Shown here: piece after piece, positions 38,192-51,929 of the stretch
Layout of the letters: every line of letters begins with the position of its first letter
Position numbering within the stretch: position 1 is the stretch's first letter
Assembly: GCA_028534125.1 (NCBI GenBank)
Contig: CM052817.1
Coordinates: forward strand, 103,170,001-103,234,000
From: Lama glama
Taxonomy: Eukaryota
DNA length: 64,000 nt
Direction: 5' to 3'
Program-made: the position numbers and the translations under genes
Notes under the pieces: generated by a model
Told to the model about the DNA's origin: nothing
Database searches by the model: none
What the model saw: the letters and a program-made list of their open reading frames with translations, nothing else

Positions 38192-38540
38192 TGTTAAAAG
38201 ATAACTGAAGCATATTAAAATAGTTTAGAGTTTATTAGAGCAAAAATTGATTTGAATCAGGCAGCATCCAATCTAGCAGAGAGAAAGGAGCTCTGAGGAA
38301 CTGTACAAACGGAACACTTTTACAAGCAGAAGGGAGCAGAAACAAGGAAGTTATACTAGGCAAGGAAGTTATACTGATTTCAAAGTTACTTCCCTCCAGT
38401 GGACGGCGGGGGTCGATCAGGCAGACTGCCTCACTAGTGCTGGTCAGGCGATCCCCAATGGGCTGGGTTAAGATTCCATTTCTGGAAGAGCCGAAACTGT
38501 AATTCAGTCTCCGTTTGGTGATGTGGGGCCCTGTAGAAGC
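38192..38540 (-). mobile_element. Probable ERV1 LTR fragment
   Basis: Starts TGTTA on plus with TTTATT at 38231-38236 (AATAAA on minus). LTR-like composition; the other end is not resolved. Confidence 0.5.
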
Positions 38541-38549
38541 AACTCCATA

Positions 38550-38851
38550 TTCTTACAGGAGGAGATGTCACACACAGAAGAGGAGAAGGCAACATGACTA
38601 CAGAAGCAGGACTGGAGTGATGTGGCCACAAGCCAAGGAATGCCGGCAACAACCATAAGCTGGAATGGGAAAGGACAGGGTTCTTCCCTAGAGGCTCCGG
38701 AGGGAGCAGTGGCCCTGACAACACCTCTAATTCAGCCAAGTGATACTAATTTCAAAATTCTGGCCTCAAAAACTGAAGAAAATAAATTTCTGTTGTTTTA
38801 AACCATCAAGTTCATGGCAATTTGTTACAGAACCCCCAGGAAATTAATACA
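38550..38851 (+). mobile_element. MaLR MLT1C/D LTR 3' part
   Basis: GGAGTGATGTGGCCACAAGCCAAGGAATGCC...AATAAATTTCTGTTGTTTTAAACCA...AATACA. Confidence 0.85.
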
Positions 38852-39859
38852 ATGGGTAATGCACATATATGAGAGATCAGGCTGTCTTGATGTTGTGATG
38901 TCAAAGGAAAAATTCTCTCCCATTACAGATAAATCTTTTTTCTTTGAGCAGCAGGCCATTCTTTGAGTGTTTTCACACTGGAATATTTAAGTCTTGCCAA
39001 TCACCAAAGAGTAAGAAAGTACAGCATAAAGTGTATAATCTTAAGGAAAGTGTCCATTTCACTTTAAGTAACAGAAACATTTTTTCTGTTATAGAATGAA
39101 ATACAAATTCATATGTTTTTTTTCTTCAATAAGAAGATTTTAACCTAAAATAAATATCAAATGTACAAGGTATGGGTGCTTAGGAATACACCCTGAGATT
39201 GTTGGAGACTCTAAATCACCATCCCTGATTGCTAGAGAAAATTGCATGGAAAATACTGAGATGAGTTATATCCACTTGTATTTCATGTGACTGGGACCAC
39301 AGAGTCTTAGATGAAAAAAGCATCATCAACAGGGAGTTCTGTCCATCCTGTAAAACACAGGGTCTGCTTTAAAGGGTCTAATATTCAGAAAGAAGTAACT
39401 GAAGAATTTTGTAGGTTCTCACCCAGTAGCCGTATTTTTTTCTTTTTAATTTAGAAATTATTCTCCACAAAACAAGTAAATTATGCTACATCCATAAAAC
39501 GGAATATCATGCAACCATTAATATGTCCTCCCAATCCCTGTAGAAAATGGTTGAGGAGATGTTTCTGATATCATGCTTTTAAAAAGCAAGGCAAAACTAT
39601 AGTATCTACAAACACACATGCATGGAGGGAGGACAGAAAGGGAGCAATGCCAAAGCACTGCTGTGGTTATTTATATTTTTAATGTTTCCAAATGTGTGTA
39701 TGTCTTTCTTTTATAAACTGGAAATGGCCCACCTCAAATAGACACAAGAGATTTTTACTTCTTTCTGCTTCTACAAGCATTTGAGGCAGTTGACACAATT
39801 TCATATTAAATAAACTAGAGCACTGAAATTGAAAATAAAACCAAGGCCAACAACAAAAG

Positions 39860-40025
39860 AGGTGTCTCAAATCTGACTGTGCATAGAAATCACCTGGGAC
39901 CTTGTTAGCACACAGACCCTGATCCAGTGTGTCTGTCTGAGGCCAGAGAGCCTGCGTTTCTAAAGCAGGTGTTGCCTGTGCTGCTGGTACTGGGGTGGGG
40001 TGGGCACCACACTTCAGGAAGCAAG
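39860..40025. mobile_element. MER5A-like hAT fossil
   Basis: TCTCAAA...AATCACCTGGGACCTTGTT...GCCTGCGTTTCTAA...CACCACACTT. Confidence 0.65.
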
Positions 40026-40624
40026 GAAGGAAACAGGGAGCAGGTGGCGTGAAGCACCTGCGAGACTTAATCACTAACTGCACGCTGGATTTAGCACTTT
40101 TCCTACCTGTTTAAACAGAATGAATCACCATATGTAACAAAGGCTAACCATGGAAACTGTAATTCAGTAAAAAAGAATTTCTCCAATAACCTAGCCTTCT
40201 AGTTTACTTTTTAAAAATACAGAAGTTTGCTTCACATCCTTCTTGAAAGAACAGTATTCATACATTTACAGAGGCTTTGGTTGAGCCACTAAAGCAGAGC
40301 CTTAAATTTTTAGTGTTGAAAAATCCCAAGAGGATTTTTTTCAGTGTGGGAAAATTACCAGTTATTTTGATTTGGCTGAAAACCCTAGATCATAGCTAGT
40401 AAGAGCCCCAAAATCCCAAATACAGAGAACAATACGGAAAAGTTACTGCTGGATTCTTTAATTCATTCAGGTACTGATAGGTTATTTGGATTTCTGTTTC
40501 TGTCTTAGAAAAGTTACACAATGCACATCAATGTTGTAACAACCTACATGTACGACTGTACATAACCACTTAATAATTGAAGACAGCACTTGAGCGAAAG
40601 GAGGCATAACTGTGGCAATATTGC

Positions 40625-40825
40625 CCTCTGAGATCAGATTATTCACTACTGCAGGGCTGTCCTGCACACTGCAAGATGTTTAACAGCATTTATGGCCCCT
40701 ACCCAATAACTGGATTAAAATAGTAACACCCCCATATTTGTTTGAGTTGTGACAACCAAATATGTCTCCAGACAGTGCCAAGTGTTCCCTGGGGAGCAAA
40801 ATCTTCCCAGTTGAAAACCACTAAT
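40625..40825. mobile_element. MER20 hAT fossil
   Basis: GGGCTGTCCTGCACACTGCAAGATGTTTAACAGCA...GTTGTGACAACCAAATATGTCTCCAGACA...GTTGAAAACCACT. Confidence 0.85.
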
Positions 40826-41644
40826 CTAAAACATCTACTTGGACTTCACTGGTTTTAAGTAGTTTTTAGTGGAATAGTTTGCTTTTAAATATATCTGACC
40901 TTAAGCAATCTCTGCATGATTTTGATCACATTGTCAAAATCAGTAACTCTGACAGACTATCTTCCATTTCTGACTCCTCTTTACCTAGCTAAGAAACAGG
41001 CAGGTTGAAGTTTCTGTTTTCCTAAAGGCAAAACTTTCACCACATCTTCTATCTGTAGGCACATAATGGGAATATTTCAAATAATATTCCAATAATACAA
41101 AACATTGCTTGAGCAGAGTTCTATGAACTCCTTAGACTCAAGAGATTAATTCAAGAACTAAAAGACACAGTAAAAAAGGACCTGTAGTGGTTTTCTAACA
41201 AGATAAAAATATAGAAGCTGAAAAATTAGAGTAAAAACTCCTAAGTTAAATATAAAGAACCAACAAATGTTGAAAGAGGATTTACATTTTTATAAAGATA
41301 AAGAGATTATAAATCTATATTATCTTTACGGTAAGCAACAATGGAATTAAAAAGAGGTTTCTATTTTTTAAATCATTACAGAAACTATAAATAAAGATGA
41401 TGGCCTTTGTTGCAAAATGCAAAATAGAAAGCAAATCGTAATAAAAAAGAAAAAAGCGTAAGAATGATAAGATAAAAGATAGTAATTACGGCGAGTGATA
41501 CAAATCTTTCCTATTTTACTATCAAAAGGAAAAAAGCCTAAGACATAATGAGAAAATAATTGACTCTACAACTTCTGATAAATATACCTAAATTAAAATG
41601 ACATGGAAAGATTTTTTTTTTTTTTAAGAAGAATTATGTATGTA

Positions 41645-42007
41645 GTCATCTGTTGACGGACATTTAGGTTGTTTCCATGTCTTGGCTATTGTAAATAGTG
41701 CTGCTGTGAACACTGGGGTGCAGGTATCTTTTTGAATTAAGGCTCCCTCTGGACATATGCCCAAAGTGGGATTGCTGGATCATATGGTAAGTCTGTTTTT
41801 AGTTTTTTAAGGAATCTCCATACTGTTTTCCATAATGGCAGCACCAAACTACATTCCTATGAACAGTGTAGGAGGGTTCCCTTTTCTCCACACCGTCTAC
41901 AGCATTTATCATTTGTGGACTTTTTGATGATGGCTATGCTGACACTGTAAACTGATCATACTTCAGTAAAATATATATATATATCTCCACACACACATAC
42001 AAAAAAA
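41645..42007. mobile_element. L1 insertion with 5' inversion (antisense 41645-41941, then a short sense tail)
   Basis: Antisense L1 (TCATCTGTTGACGGACATTTAGG...) abuts a sense tail ACACTGTAAACTGA...CTTCAGTAAAA. Confidence 0.7.
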
Positions 42008-42323
42008 GAATATGTTATATGCGTAGAAAGGAAACCCAAAAATGAAGAAGAAAAGGAAACTAGTTATGCAAAGTTGGCTAACTTTTTCTAAAAAGAAGTA
42101 ACATTTTGAAGTTAAAATACCTACTGTGTATATAACTCTGAATAATGAATCAGGAAAAGTGTATACACAAAAACTTTTGGAAATATAAGTAGAAGATAGT
42201 CAAGAACAATTACATAAGAGACCAACTGGCCTTCTTCAGTGTACAGTAGGTCAAACAGACAAAAAGAAGGATATTGGAGATTTTAAAAAGAAAGATAAAA
42301 ATTAATCAAAACATATCCAACTT

Positions 42324-42761
42324 CATTTGCAGCAACACAGATGATCATACTAAGTAAGCCAGAAAGAGAAAGAAAAATATCATATGATATCACTTATATG
42401 TGGAATCTAAAAAAAAAAAGAAAAAAAACACACACACACACAAATGAACTTATTTACAAAACAAAAACAGACTCACAGACATAGAAAACTTGTTTTAAAC
42501 CAGGGCAGGGAAAAGTGTGGAGGGATCAAAATGGGAGTCTGGGATTCACAGATACTAACCACTGTACATAAAATAGATAAACAACAAGGTCTTACTGCAT
42601 ACACAGGGAACTATATTCAATATCTTATAATAGCCTATAATGAAAAAGAATGGAAAAGGAATATATATATATATATATATATAACTGAATCACTATGCTG
42701 TATACCAGAAATTTACACTACATTGTAAATTGACTATACTTCAATTAAAAAAAATTTTTTA
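42324..42761 (+). mobile_element. L1 3' end
   Basis: Cetartiodactyl-type 3'UTR. 11-bp TSD ATATCCAACTT at 42313-42323 and 42762-42772. Confidence 0.88.
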
Positions 42762-42772
42762 ATATCCAACTT

Positions 42773-45700
42773 GATAATCTAGAAAAAGGGAATCCACTTT
42801 CTACCATATAAATGAAACATAATGACTCAGTACATAAATGGTCATAGAGAAATTTTTAAGAAATTTTAAAAGGTAAAATTTTACAGATAAGACTATGATC
42901 ACATTCTCTGGTAATCACAAAATGAAACTGGAAATTAATAAAATTTTGAAAAGAGGCATACAATTAGAAATTTTAAAACTCTTTCCTAAAAAATGAGATC
43001 AAAGGAAAAAATTAAAAATAAAACAGCAATACTGAGTTTGCTATATCAAAACCTTTAGGATTGCTCAAAGGTGTATGTACTCAAAACATACTGTGGTAAC
43101 ATTTTTTTCATGCTTAAATATTAAAATAAATGAATGAAACTATTTTAAATTATAAAAAGATGGAAAAATTCCTTTAAAATAATTAAAATTTTAAAATAAG
43201 AAAAAAACTATGAAGTTATGAATTGAATACACAAGTTTCAAAGCTCCTTATCTGAAGTAATAATTATGATGAAATAGACTAACACTGCTCAAAGTGTTAA
43301 AAAAAAAAAAAGTGATGTTAAGAAAAAAAGTCAATAACACTGCCAAGAAAAAGTCTTCCTCTACACAAACAACTTCTTTATTTTTAAGTTCTTTAAAACA
43401 TCAAATAGACTTCACAAGTTTTCTGTTTTACTTTAAAACTTCTCAGATCTTTTCTTATGTTAATATGTACTTCGAATCCTCAAGAGGGGTATTTACTACA
43501 ATTTCCTGAGTTTATTTGCCTTCTTTTTTAGTATTCTGAGAACAGCTCGCAAAATGCTAAACTAGACCAATCTCTAGCAAAACTATTAATGAAAAAAGCA
43601 GAAATAATTAGATTAGAAACAATAAAACAGAAGTATAAAATAGAAGTTTTTATAGAAAGTTTTTCTCTATACATTACTGTGTTAAAATAGAATGCTATGT
43701 ATAGTCACAATTAATTTAAATGGGAGAAAACTAAGAAAGCACTGCCTTCTCGTTTATATAACTTTTGTTTAAAACTCGGTTGTGATATTAATTAGGATTG
43801 TAAGATGGATGGAAATGTGAGCACAAAATACTTATCCTAAATCAAACGTTAAGTGAGCATTCTTTAACTACAACTCAAATTGTCCTTTCCTGGGTGAAAA
43901 GATAGGCTCTTTTAAGGGAGACAAAGAAATATCAAAGTCCCTATTGTAAAAGCAGGAAGGATAGGGAATTTGTTAGGCAAATGTTAGGGGTTCTTTGGGC
44001 AAACTTGGAGAAGAAAGGGGAATTCACCCATTGGGAATGAGCCCTACCTCTCACAGTGAGACACTGGGACCGGAGCTTTAAACTGCCAAGTCCAGGAAAT
44101 GGAATAGGGGCAAAGGTTATTTGCTGACCAGCCACACAAAGGACATAAAAATTAAGATTCAGTCCTTTCTCTGCCCACTGGAGGACAAGGAGCCAGGCAA
44201 GCAGGTCCTGAAAGTACACCTTTCAATACATCTACTGTTTTCTGCTTTGAAGGAACCATCAGTCTACAGAGCACGCAACGAAAAGTCTCCAAACCCTAGT
44301 ACAGGAAGAGTAGAAAAAAACAGATTGAGATGGCAGATTTTTTTTTTACTTTACTACTATACAATAAGTGTCTGCCTTAATATCATGCTTAATTTGACCA
44401 GTCTTAGACAATTAAAGGAAAATAGATGGTAACCAGGCAGAGTCTGAAGAACTAAAATTTTTCTATGTAGTGTAGACCAAAATACATTTTCCATTACATT
44501 AGTAAATATGTAGATCTCCATAAAATGGTTTTCTGAAAACAGATTACAACTCTAATCCCAACACTATGTTGAATAGAAGTGGTGAGAGTGGGCATCTATG
44601 TCTTGTTTCAGATTTCAGCAGGAAGACTCAGCTTTTCACCAGCGAGTATTATGTTGGTTGTGGGTTTGTCATAAATAGCTTTTATTATGTTGAGATATGT
44701 TCCCTCTATAGCCACTTTGGTATCATGAATGGATGTTGAATTTTATCAAATGCTTTTTCTGCAACTGTTGAGATGATCATGTGATTTTTGTACTTTCTTT
44801 TGTTGATGTGGTGTATCCTATTGGATTGATTTATGTATGTTGAATCATCCTCGTGTGTCCCTGGGATGAGTCCAACTTGATCATAGCGTATGATCTTTCT
44901 TAAGTGTTGTTAGATTCAGTTTGCTAACATTCTGTTGAGAATTTTTGCATCTATAATCATCAAAGATATTGGCCTACAATTTTCTTTTTTGGTAATGTCT
45001 TTGTCTGGTTTTGGTATTAAGGTGATGGTGGCTTCACAGAATGAGTTTGGAAGTGTTCCCTCCTGTTCAGTCTTTTGGAAGAGTTTGAGAATGATCAGTG
45101 TAAGTTCTTCTTTGTATGTTTGGTAGAATTCCCCAGTGAAGCCATCTAGACCTGGACTTTTGCTTGCAAGGAGGTTTTTTTGTTACCAGTACTATTTCAC
45201 TTTTAGTGATCAGTCTGTTCAAATTATCTATTTCTTGATTCAGTTTTGGTGGGCTGTATGTTTCTAGAAACTTGTCCATTTCTTCTAGGTTGTCCAATTC
45301 ATTGGCATATAATTGTTCATAGTATTCTGTCTCTCTCTTATTTTTTTTTTTGTAGTTTTGCAGTATTGGTTGTAATTTCTCCTCTTTTTTTTTTTTTTAT
45401 TTAGTTTGAGTCCTCTCTCTTTTCTTCTTGGTGAGCCTGGCCAGAGGTTTGTTGATTTTTTTCAGTCTTTAAAAAAACAGCTCTTAGTTTGATTGACATT
45501 TTTCTATTTTTTAATCTCTATTTTATTTATTTTCCCCCCTGATCTTTATTATTTCTTTCCTCCTGCTAACTTTAGGTTTTGTGTGTTCTTCTTTTACTAA
45601 TTCCTTTAGGTGGTAGGTTAGGTCACTTATTTGAGACTGTTCTTGTATTCTGAGGAAGGCCTGTATCACTATGAATTTCCTGCTTGGGACTGCTTTTCTG

Positions 45701-47710
45701 CATCCCATAGATTTTTGTGTAGTTGTGTTTTAATTGTCACGTGTCTGAAGATATTTTTTAATTTACTCTTTGATTTCATCATTGACCCATAGGCTCTTTA
45801 GTAGTATGATGTTTAGTCTCCATGCAATTTTTTTTTTTTATCATTTCCCTTTCTGTGGTTGATTTCTGGTTTCGTGCCATTGTGGTCAGAAAAGATGTTT
45901 GAAATTTCCTATCCTCTTAAATGTGTTGAGGCTTGTTTTGTGTCCAAATATGTGGTCTGTCCTAGAGAATGTTCCATAAGCACTTGAAAAGAATGTATAT
46001 TCTGTTTTGGGGGGATGTAATGTCCTAAAAATATCAACCAAGTCCAATTGTTCTGTTGTGCCATTTAGTATCTCCTTTGCTTTAATGATCTTCTGTCTGG
46101 AAGACCAGTCCAATGATGTTAATGGGATATTAAAGTCTCCCACTATTATTGGACTCCCATCAATTTCTCCCTTTATGTCTGTTAGTATTTGTTTTATATA
46201 TTTAGGTGCTCCTATATTGGGTACATATATGTTAAAAAGTGTAATATCCTCATCTTGTATTGTTCCTTTTATCATTACACAGTGTCCTTCTTTATCTTTC
46301 TTTATGGGCTTTGTTTTAAATTATATTCTGTCTGATATGAGTATTGCTGTTCCTGCTTTCTTGTCACTTCCATTTGCATGAAATATCTTTTTCCATCTCC
46401 TCACTTTCAGTCTGTGTGTGTCCTTTGCCCTAAAGTGGGTCTCTTGAAGGCAGCATAATGTAGGCCCTTGTTTTATTATCCAATCTGCCACTGTGTGTCT
46501 TTTGATCGGAACATTTAGTCTATTGTCATTTACAGTAATCATTGATAGGTGTGTGTTAAAACTCTAATTCCAAATCTGACAAAAATTATATACAACATAA
46601 AATAGAGGCCAATCTCCTTTGTGAAAATAGACATAAAAATCTAAATGAAATATCAGAAGACAGAATATATTAAAATAATCTGCCCCAGTCAGAGTTTATT
46701 TTTAGTATTCTTTAAATAAAAATTCATTTCAAGCCAAACGACATTTGGTAAAACTACTTAATTATTGCAAAGGCTTAATGCATTGAATCTGCAAGTATAG
46801 AAGTGTAGTCATTTACATGCTAAGAAGGCACATGCACCACCATACGCAGAAGAGCCATTCTCTAAAAAGTCAGTTAAGATACCTAATAGTATTATATAAC
46901 AATGTACTAGAAATTCTTAACTTTTAATATATGCATGTGACTACATTAAAATATATAAACGCTGACAAATAAAATACAAATCATATAGTAGACTGAGAAA
47001 AACTGAAAGGAATCATTTGGACACTACTAAGACTTGAGAGTTCTGCAAAATGGCCAAAAACAAGATAATATACATGAAAAATCAACAGTTCTTACACTCT
47101 AGCAATAATAACTTAAAAATACAACTGAAAGAAAAAACTATCTATGGTAGTAATAAAAATATTATTTGTATAAGAATGGCTATAGTGAAAGATATAGTAC
47201 CAATATTAATAAAGTGCTATAATTCTCTGAGAAATAAAAATATAAATTTTTTTTCCAGATTCATTGTTTGATGCATTTTCAGTCAGTATAAAAGAGGATA
47301 TTTTTGTTGCATGATAAAATGATTCTGAAGACCTACTAGGAAACAGAAATAGTACGAATAACAAACAAAAATCACTAAAGAGACAAGATCTGAGAATGAG
47401 GGTGAGGCTAGCACTAAGAGGTATCATGAGGTACCCACACATATAAAGCCATAAAAGTGAAAAAAAAAAATATGAGCACAAGAGTGAAACAATTGTGTGT
47501 GTACATATATCTCTCAGAAATAACCTATTATATTTCTTAATATCCAATAAGAAGACATTCTAAATTTATGGTTTAAAAATATTCAATAAAAAAAACCCAC
47601 CAAATAAAACAAAAAATAAAAGAATAAAAACATTCAGTGAAGGAGGCTGGATCAATCAGCTAACAACTTGTAGAAAATAATATTTAGGTCTTCACCTCCC
47701 ACCACACAGT
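42773..47710 (+). mobile_element. Very old fragmented L1 ORF2 remnants hosting younger insertions
   Basis: Degenerate ORF2 motifs (CACATTCTCTG...AAACTGGAAATTAATAA; AGGCCAATCTCCTTTGTGAAAATAGACATAAAAATC). Confidence 0.55.
44562..46555 (-). mobile_element. Internal L1 ORF2 fragment (APE endonuclease to start of RT), frameshifted
   Basis: Peptides [64 protein letters not shown]. Flanked by 18-bp direct repeats. Confidence 0.95.
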
Positions 47711-48207
47711 AAAGACTGAGTGGGTGGATGGGTGGGTGGGTTGGTTGGTTTTGGAAACTTTGAATACAGCACTTTTCAACTGAAGGCTGGAACCAAAATC
47801 TCCTCTGTAACTTTTTCCATATACATATGTTTATGCACTAGATAAGTGTAAAGGACAAGAAGTCTAATGCACAATGAGATTAAGTAATCTTATCTGCAAA
47901 ATCCCTTCTCCTATTAAGATGCACTAGCAATGGCAAAAGCTGGGAGACATACAAAACTGAATTCAGATCCTGACTCCACTACTTACCAGGTGAAGACGTT
48001 GACTTGGTTTATATGATTCTTTGTTTCCCCAATTATAAAGTGAGTAAGGTAATAATAACTGTTAAAATATTATTTTGAGGATTAAATAAAACAATTTATG
48101 TAAAGTGTCTAGATTTCAGAATTGCAGTTCATTTAAAAATATACCAATACATAAACTTATTCCTCTGGAAAACTGTCTTTTTAAAAGTAAAACAAATTTT
48201 CATAATA

Positions 48208-48451
48208 CAGCTGACCCTTGAACAATGCAGGGGTGAGAGGCACTGACCCTCCATACATTCGAAAAAAAAGTGTCCAGCTTATACTCAGCCCTCGACATCC
48301 ACAGTTCCTCTGTATCCATGGACCCGCACCTGCAGACTCAACCAACCATGAACCAAGCAGTGCTGTAGGACTTACTACTGAAACACACACACACACATTC
48401 ATTCATCCGTGAACCCACGCAGTTCAAACCCTGTTGCTCAAAGGTCAACTG
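48208..48451. mobile_element. Tigger2a/MER8-like TcMar MITE
   Basis: TIRs CAGCTGACCCTTGAACAA / TTGCTCAAAGGTCAACTG flanked by TA duplications. Confidence 0.88.
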
Positions 48452-48822
48452 TATATCCACTATTTTGCCTTCAGTTCTCAAGGAAAAGGGCAGAAGCATC
48501 ACTACATAGTCCACCTCCCAGCCTTTCATTTTAGTCACTTAAACTTAAAATACAAAACTTACTTGTTAGTATGGTGAAAAATCCAAGAGCAAATCAACAA
48601 ATAGATAAGAATCAAACATATTAAATTATTTATAGTTTCTCCTAAAGAAGAGAGAAGTATGTAGTATTCTTACATACGAAATAAAAGACATGTTCAAGCA
48701 TACTGCAGAAACACTTAGGTGTTCTAGAAGAGGGTTGTAAAACCCAGGCTTACTTGATTCCTTAGGCTGGATACCGCCCTAAGAAAATGGAATAAGCAGT
48801 TCTGAATCAATTTTAAGCATAG

Positions 48823-49858
48823 AAGGAGGTGCGGCCAAGACGGCAGAGGAGGAGCTCACATCCTTCCACAGGCACACCAAAATTACAACTATTTACAGAG
48901 CAACTATCTAAGACAATAACTTGAAAACTAGCTGGAGAGATTTTTCACAACTAAAGATACAGAGAAAGAACCTCAAGAAAAAGGGAAAGCAGGGCAGAGA
49001 CGTGGTTCAGTCAAGACCCACACTCCTAGGTAGGTGACTCACAAATTGGAGGATAATCGCAATTGCAGAGTTTCTCCCCAAGAAGCAAGGGGTCACAGCC
49101 CCACGTAAGGCTCCCCAGCCCAGAGTCCTGCACTGGGAAGATGAGACCCCAGAATGTCTGGCTTTGAAGGGCTGCAGGGCTTCTGTACAGGAGAGCCGGA
49201 GAGCTGCAGGAAACAGAGATTCAGCTTTTCAAGTGTGACGAAGTACTAGAAGATAAACTTGAAGATAAAGTACTGGAAATCACCCAAGCTGAAAAGAAAA
49301 AAGAATAGAGAATTTTTTTAAATGAGGATAGTTTAAGAGACCTCTAGGACACTATCATTGTACTAACATTTGCATTATAGGGGCCCTAGAGGAGAAGAGA
49401 GAGAGAAAGGGGCACAGAACTTGTTTACTTGTTGGAAGAATAATAGCTGAAAACTTCCCTAACCTGGGAAAGGAATCAGACAACCAGGTCCGGAAAGCAC
49501 AGACAGTCCCTAACAAAAGAATCCCAAGAAGTCCACACTGAGATACATGTTATAATTAAAACAGTAAAAATTAAAGACAAAGAGAAATTCTTAAAAGCAG
49601 CAAGAGAAAAGCAACTGGTCACATATAAGAGAACTGCCATAAGACTATCAGATGACTTTTCAGCAGAAATTTTATGGGCCAGAGGAAGTGGAATGATACA
49701 GTTTAAAGGATAAAACTTAAAACCAAGAATACTCTCCCCACCAAGGCTTTCATTCAGGCTTGAAGGATAGATCAAAACTTTTACAGACAAGCAAAATCCC
49801 AAAGTGTGAGGCACCACCTAACCAGCTTTATAAGAAATGTTCAAGAGATTTCTCTAAG
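48823..49858 (+). mobile_element. L1 5'UTR plus internally deleted ORF1 remnant; no ORF2
   Basis: CAAGACGGCAGAG 5' start. ORF1-like motifs (AACTTCCCTAACCTGGGAAAGG, CCATAAGACTATCAGATGACTTTTCAGCAGAAA). Confidence 0.8.
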
Positions 49859-50901
49859 CCTCAACATTTTTATCGCTCCTTTTCTATATCCCACACTGAA
49901 GACCTTTTTAAGGGAAAAAGTGAAAAAATGTTCTGCACAGTCTTTCAGTTAGAAAATTATTATTGCCATCTTAGAAACCTATTACCATTCTTAGGAGAAT
50001 TGTTTCTTACCGCAAAAATGTGAAAGGGACAGATTTAATACAAATCAACTCCTTTTATGTAAAACAAAACTTTTAAAGAACTTTGGTTACAATCTCTAAG
50101 TAAACAAAACTTCTATTCCAATGGAATAATGTGTCTCACATTTCTAGTATCCTGACACAATTACACACTTACTTAATATTCTGTTTCTGTACTATCACTT
50201 TTTCTTGTAATAAATACTAGCCAGGAGTTTTAATTTTTTGACAAAACCTTAAAACTACAGATAGATAATTTTATAGTCTGATTTTTAGCACAATGGCCCC
50301 TCACTGAATACTTCCTGTCACCATCTGCCTCTTTTAAGGCCAAATAGAACATTTCTTGGCTTGCTTACTTTTCTGCACAGTCTGCTGTCTGGCATTTTTC
50401 TCACCACCTCCTGGCCTTCTGTATTTTTGGAGCACGGCTCCAATCTGATTGAGTCTTGGCTCTTCCAACTCCTGTGTTGCTGATTTTTCCGATAGGTCTT
50501 GAATGTCAATCAATGGGCTAAGTTCTCATTCACACAAAATGTGTTTGCCTCACTGCCGGCTAAGGACATTTGTGTTTTAAATCAGAACACTTATTAAATT
50601 CCTCTATTATTCTAAATGACTATGGCCCAGAGTAAAAGCACTGAAGGCAGGAAACTCAGTTCCCCCCAGAATTTGATTCCAACAGTGAATATGTAACAGC
50701 AGCACAGGAATTTGATCCTTGAAGTCCCTCATCATTTACATGCAGTGAAATGCCCCTTACACAGAACCACAGGGAAAGAAGTCAGACTTTGTCAATACTG
50801 AACAGAAAATTATTTACGATTCTGATTTTTCTTGTCTACCGTAAATTATTTATTAGGATCCCACCACTTTCTAGGCACTACTCCAGGGGCTGGGGATTCA
50901 A

Positions 50902-51065
50902 TGTAGCTCACAGAGAAAGGAATGTGACAATGAATATATATATATATGTTCATGTATAATTGAAAAATTGTGCTCTACACTGGAATTTGACACATTGTAA
51001 AATGATTATAAATCAATAAAAAATGTTAAAAATAAATAAATAAATAAAAATTAAAAAACAAATAA
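50902..51065 (+). mobile_element. Young L1 3' tail inserted in an L2 remnant
   Basis: Same family tail as 4686-4794 and 33326-33477, with an (AAAT)n tail. Confidence 0.85.
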
Positions 51066-51929
51066 AAAGACAGACAAGATACTAAAGTTATATATAAAAA
51101 AAAAAGTTACTGAACTTACAGCCCTAGACATTTTCAGTTGAGTAAAACAGTGAGGTTTCATTCTAATATTGACATGATCGACTTAATTTAGTGCTGTCTT
51201 CTACATAGCTTTCTCTAGATTAAAATCTAGGTGGTTCTAAGTGAAATGTAATTGTTACCATTGAAAAAGACAAAGCCAATGATGAAAAGCTTTTACTGTC
51301 AACAAAGATTTATGAGTGAATAAACAAATAGCTTCCAGCTCTATTGTCCATTAGTTTTGCAACCCTAAAGCAACCCTAAAGCTAATTAATCCCTCTGAAC
51401 TTGCTTCTTTATTGGTAAAATGGAAGTAAAATCCCCACTTCAGTAGACTGTTGTATTAAAGGAAGTAATTCATACAAAGTCCTGGACCATAGATATTGCT
51501 CAATAATGAATAGCTCCATCTTAAAAATCAAATGTCATCCAACAATGTCAAGAGAATTATATTTAACTTAGTCCAAGTATTTTCATATGGCTGTAACTGA
51601 CTTTTAGGAAATTCACTCATTTAAAAAAAAGTTCAAATTAAGCAGAATGGACAGTGCCCCAATTTCCATAACCATCACCACCACACCTGCCACTGATCCT
51701 GCACTGGCTACTCCATTCCATTTTATCCTCTAGTCTGAGAAGATGCCCTTCCTGCCTCTTAAATTCAGTGGTCAGTTGACACCTTTTGTAAGGAAATCTG
51801 CCAGCTTTCCCAGTAAAATCCAACCCCAGTCCCACAAGGCTACAGTGAAGGAAGCATCCCATATGGTGATGGGAAGCTGGATGGCAGGGTCCCGACTTTT
51901 CTTTGAACTCCCATCACTCACTGACTCCT

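Noticed and set aside
45067..46542. Endonuclease-like ORFs as a host gene or active element
   Set aside because: Frameshifted fragments of L1 ORF2.
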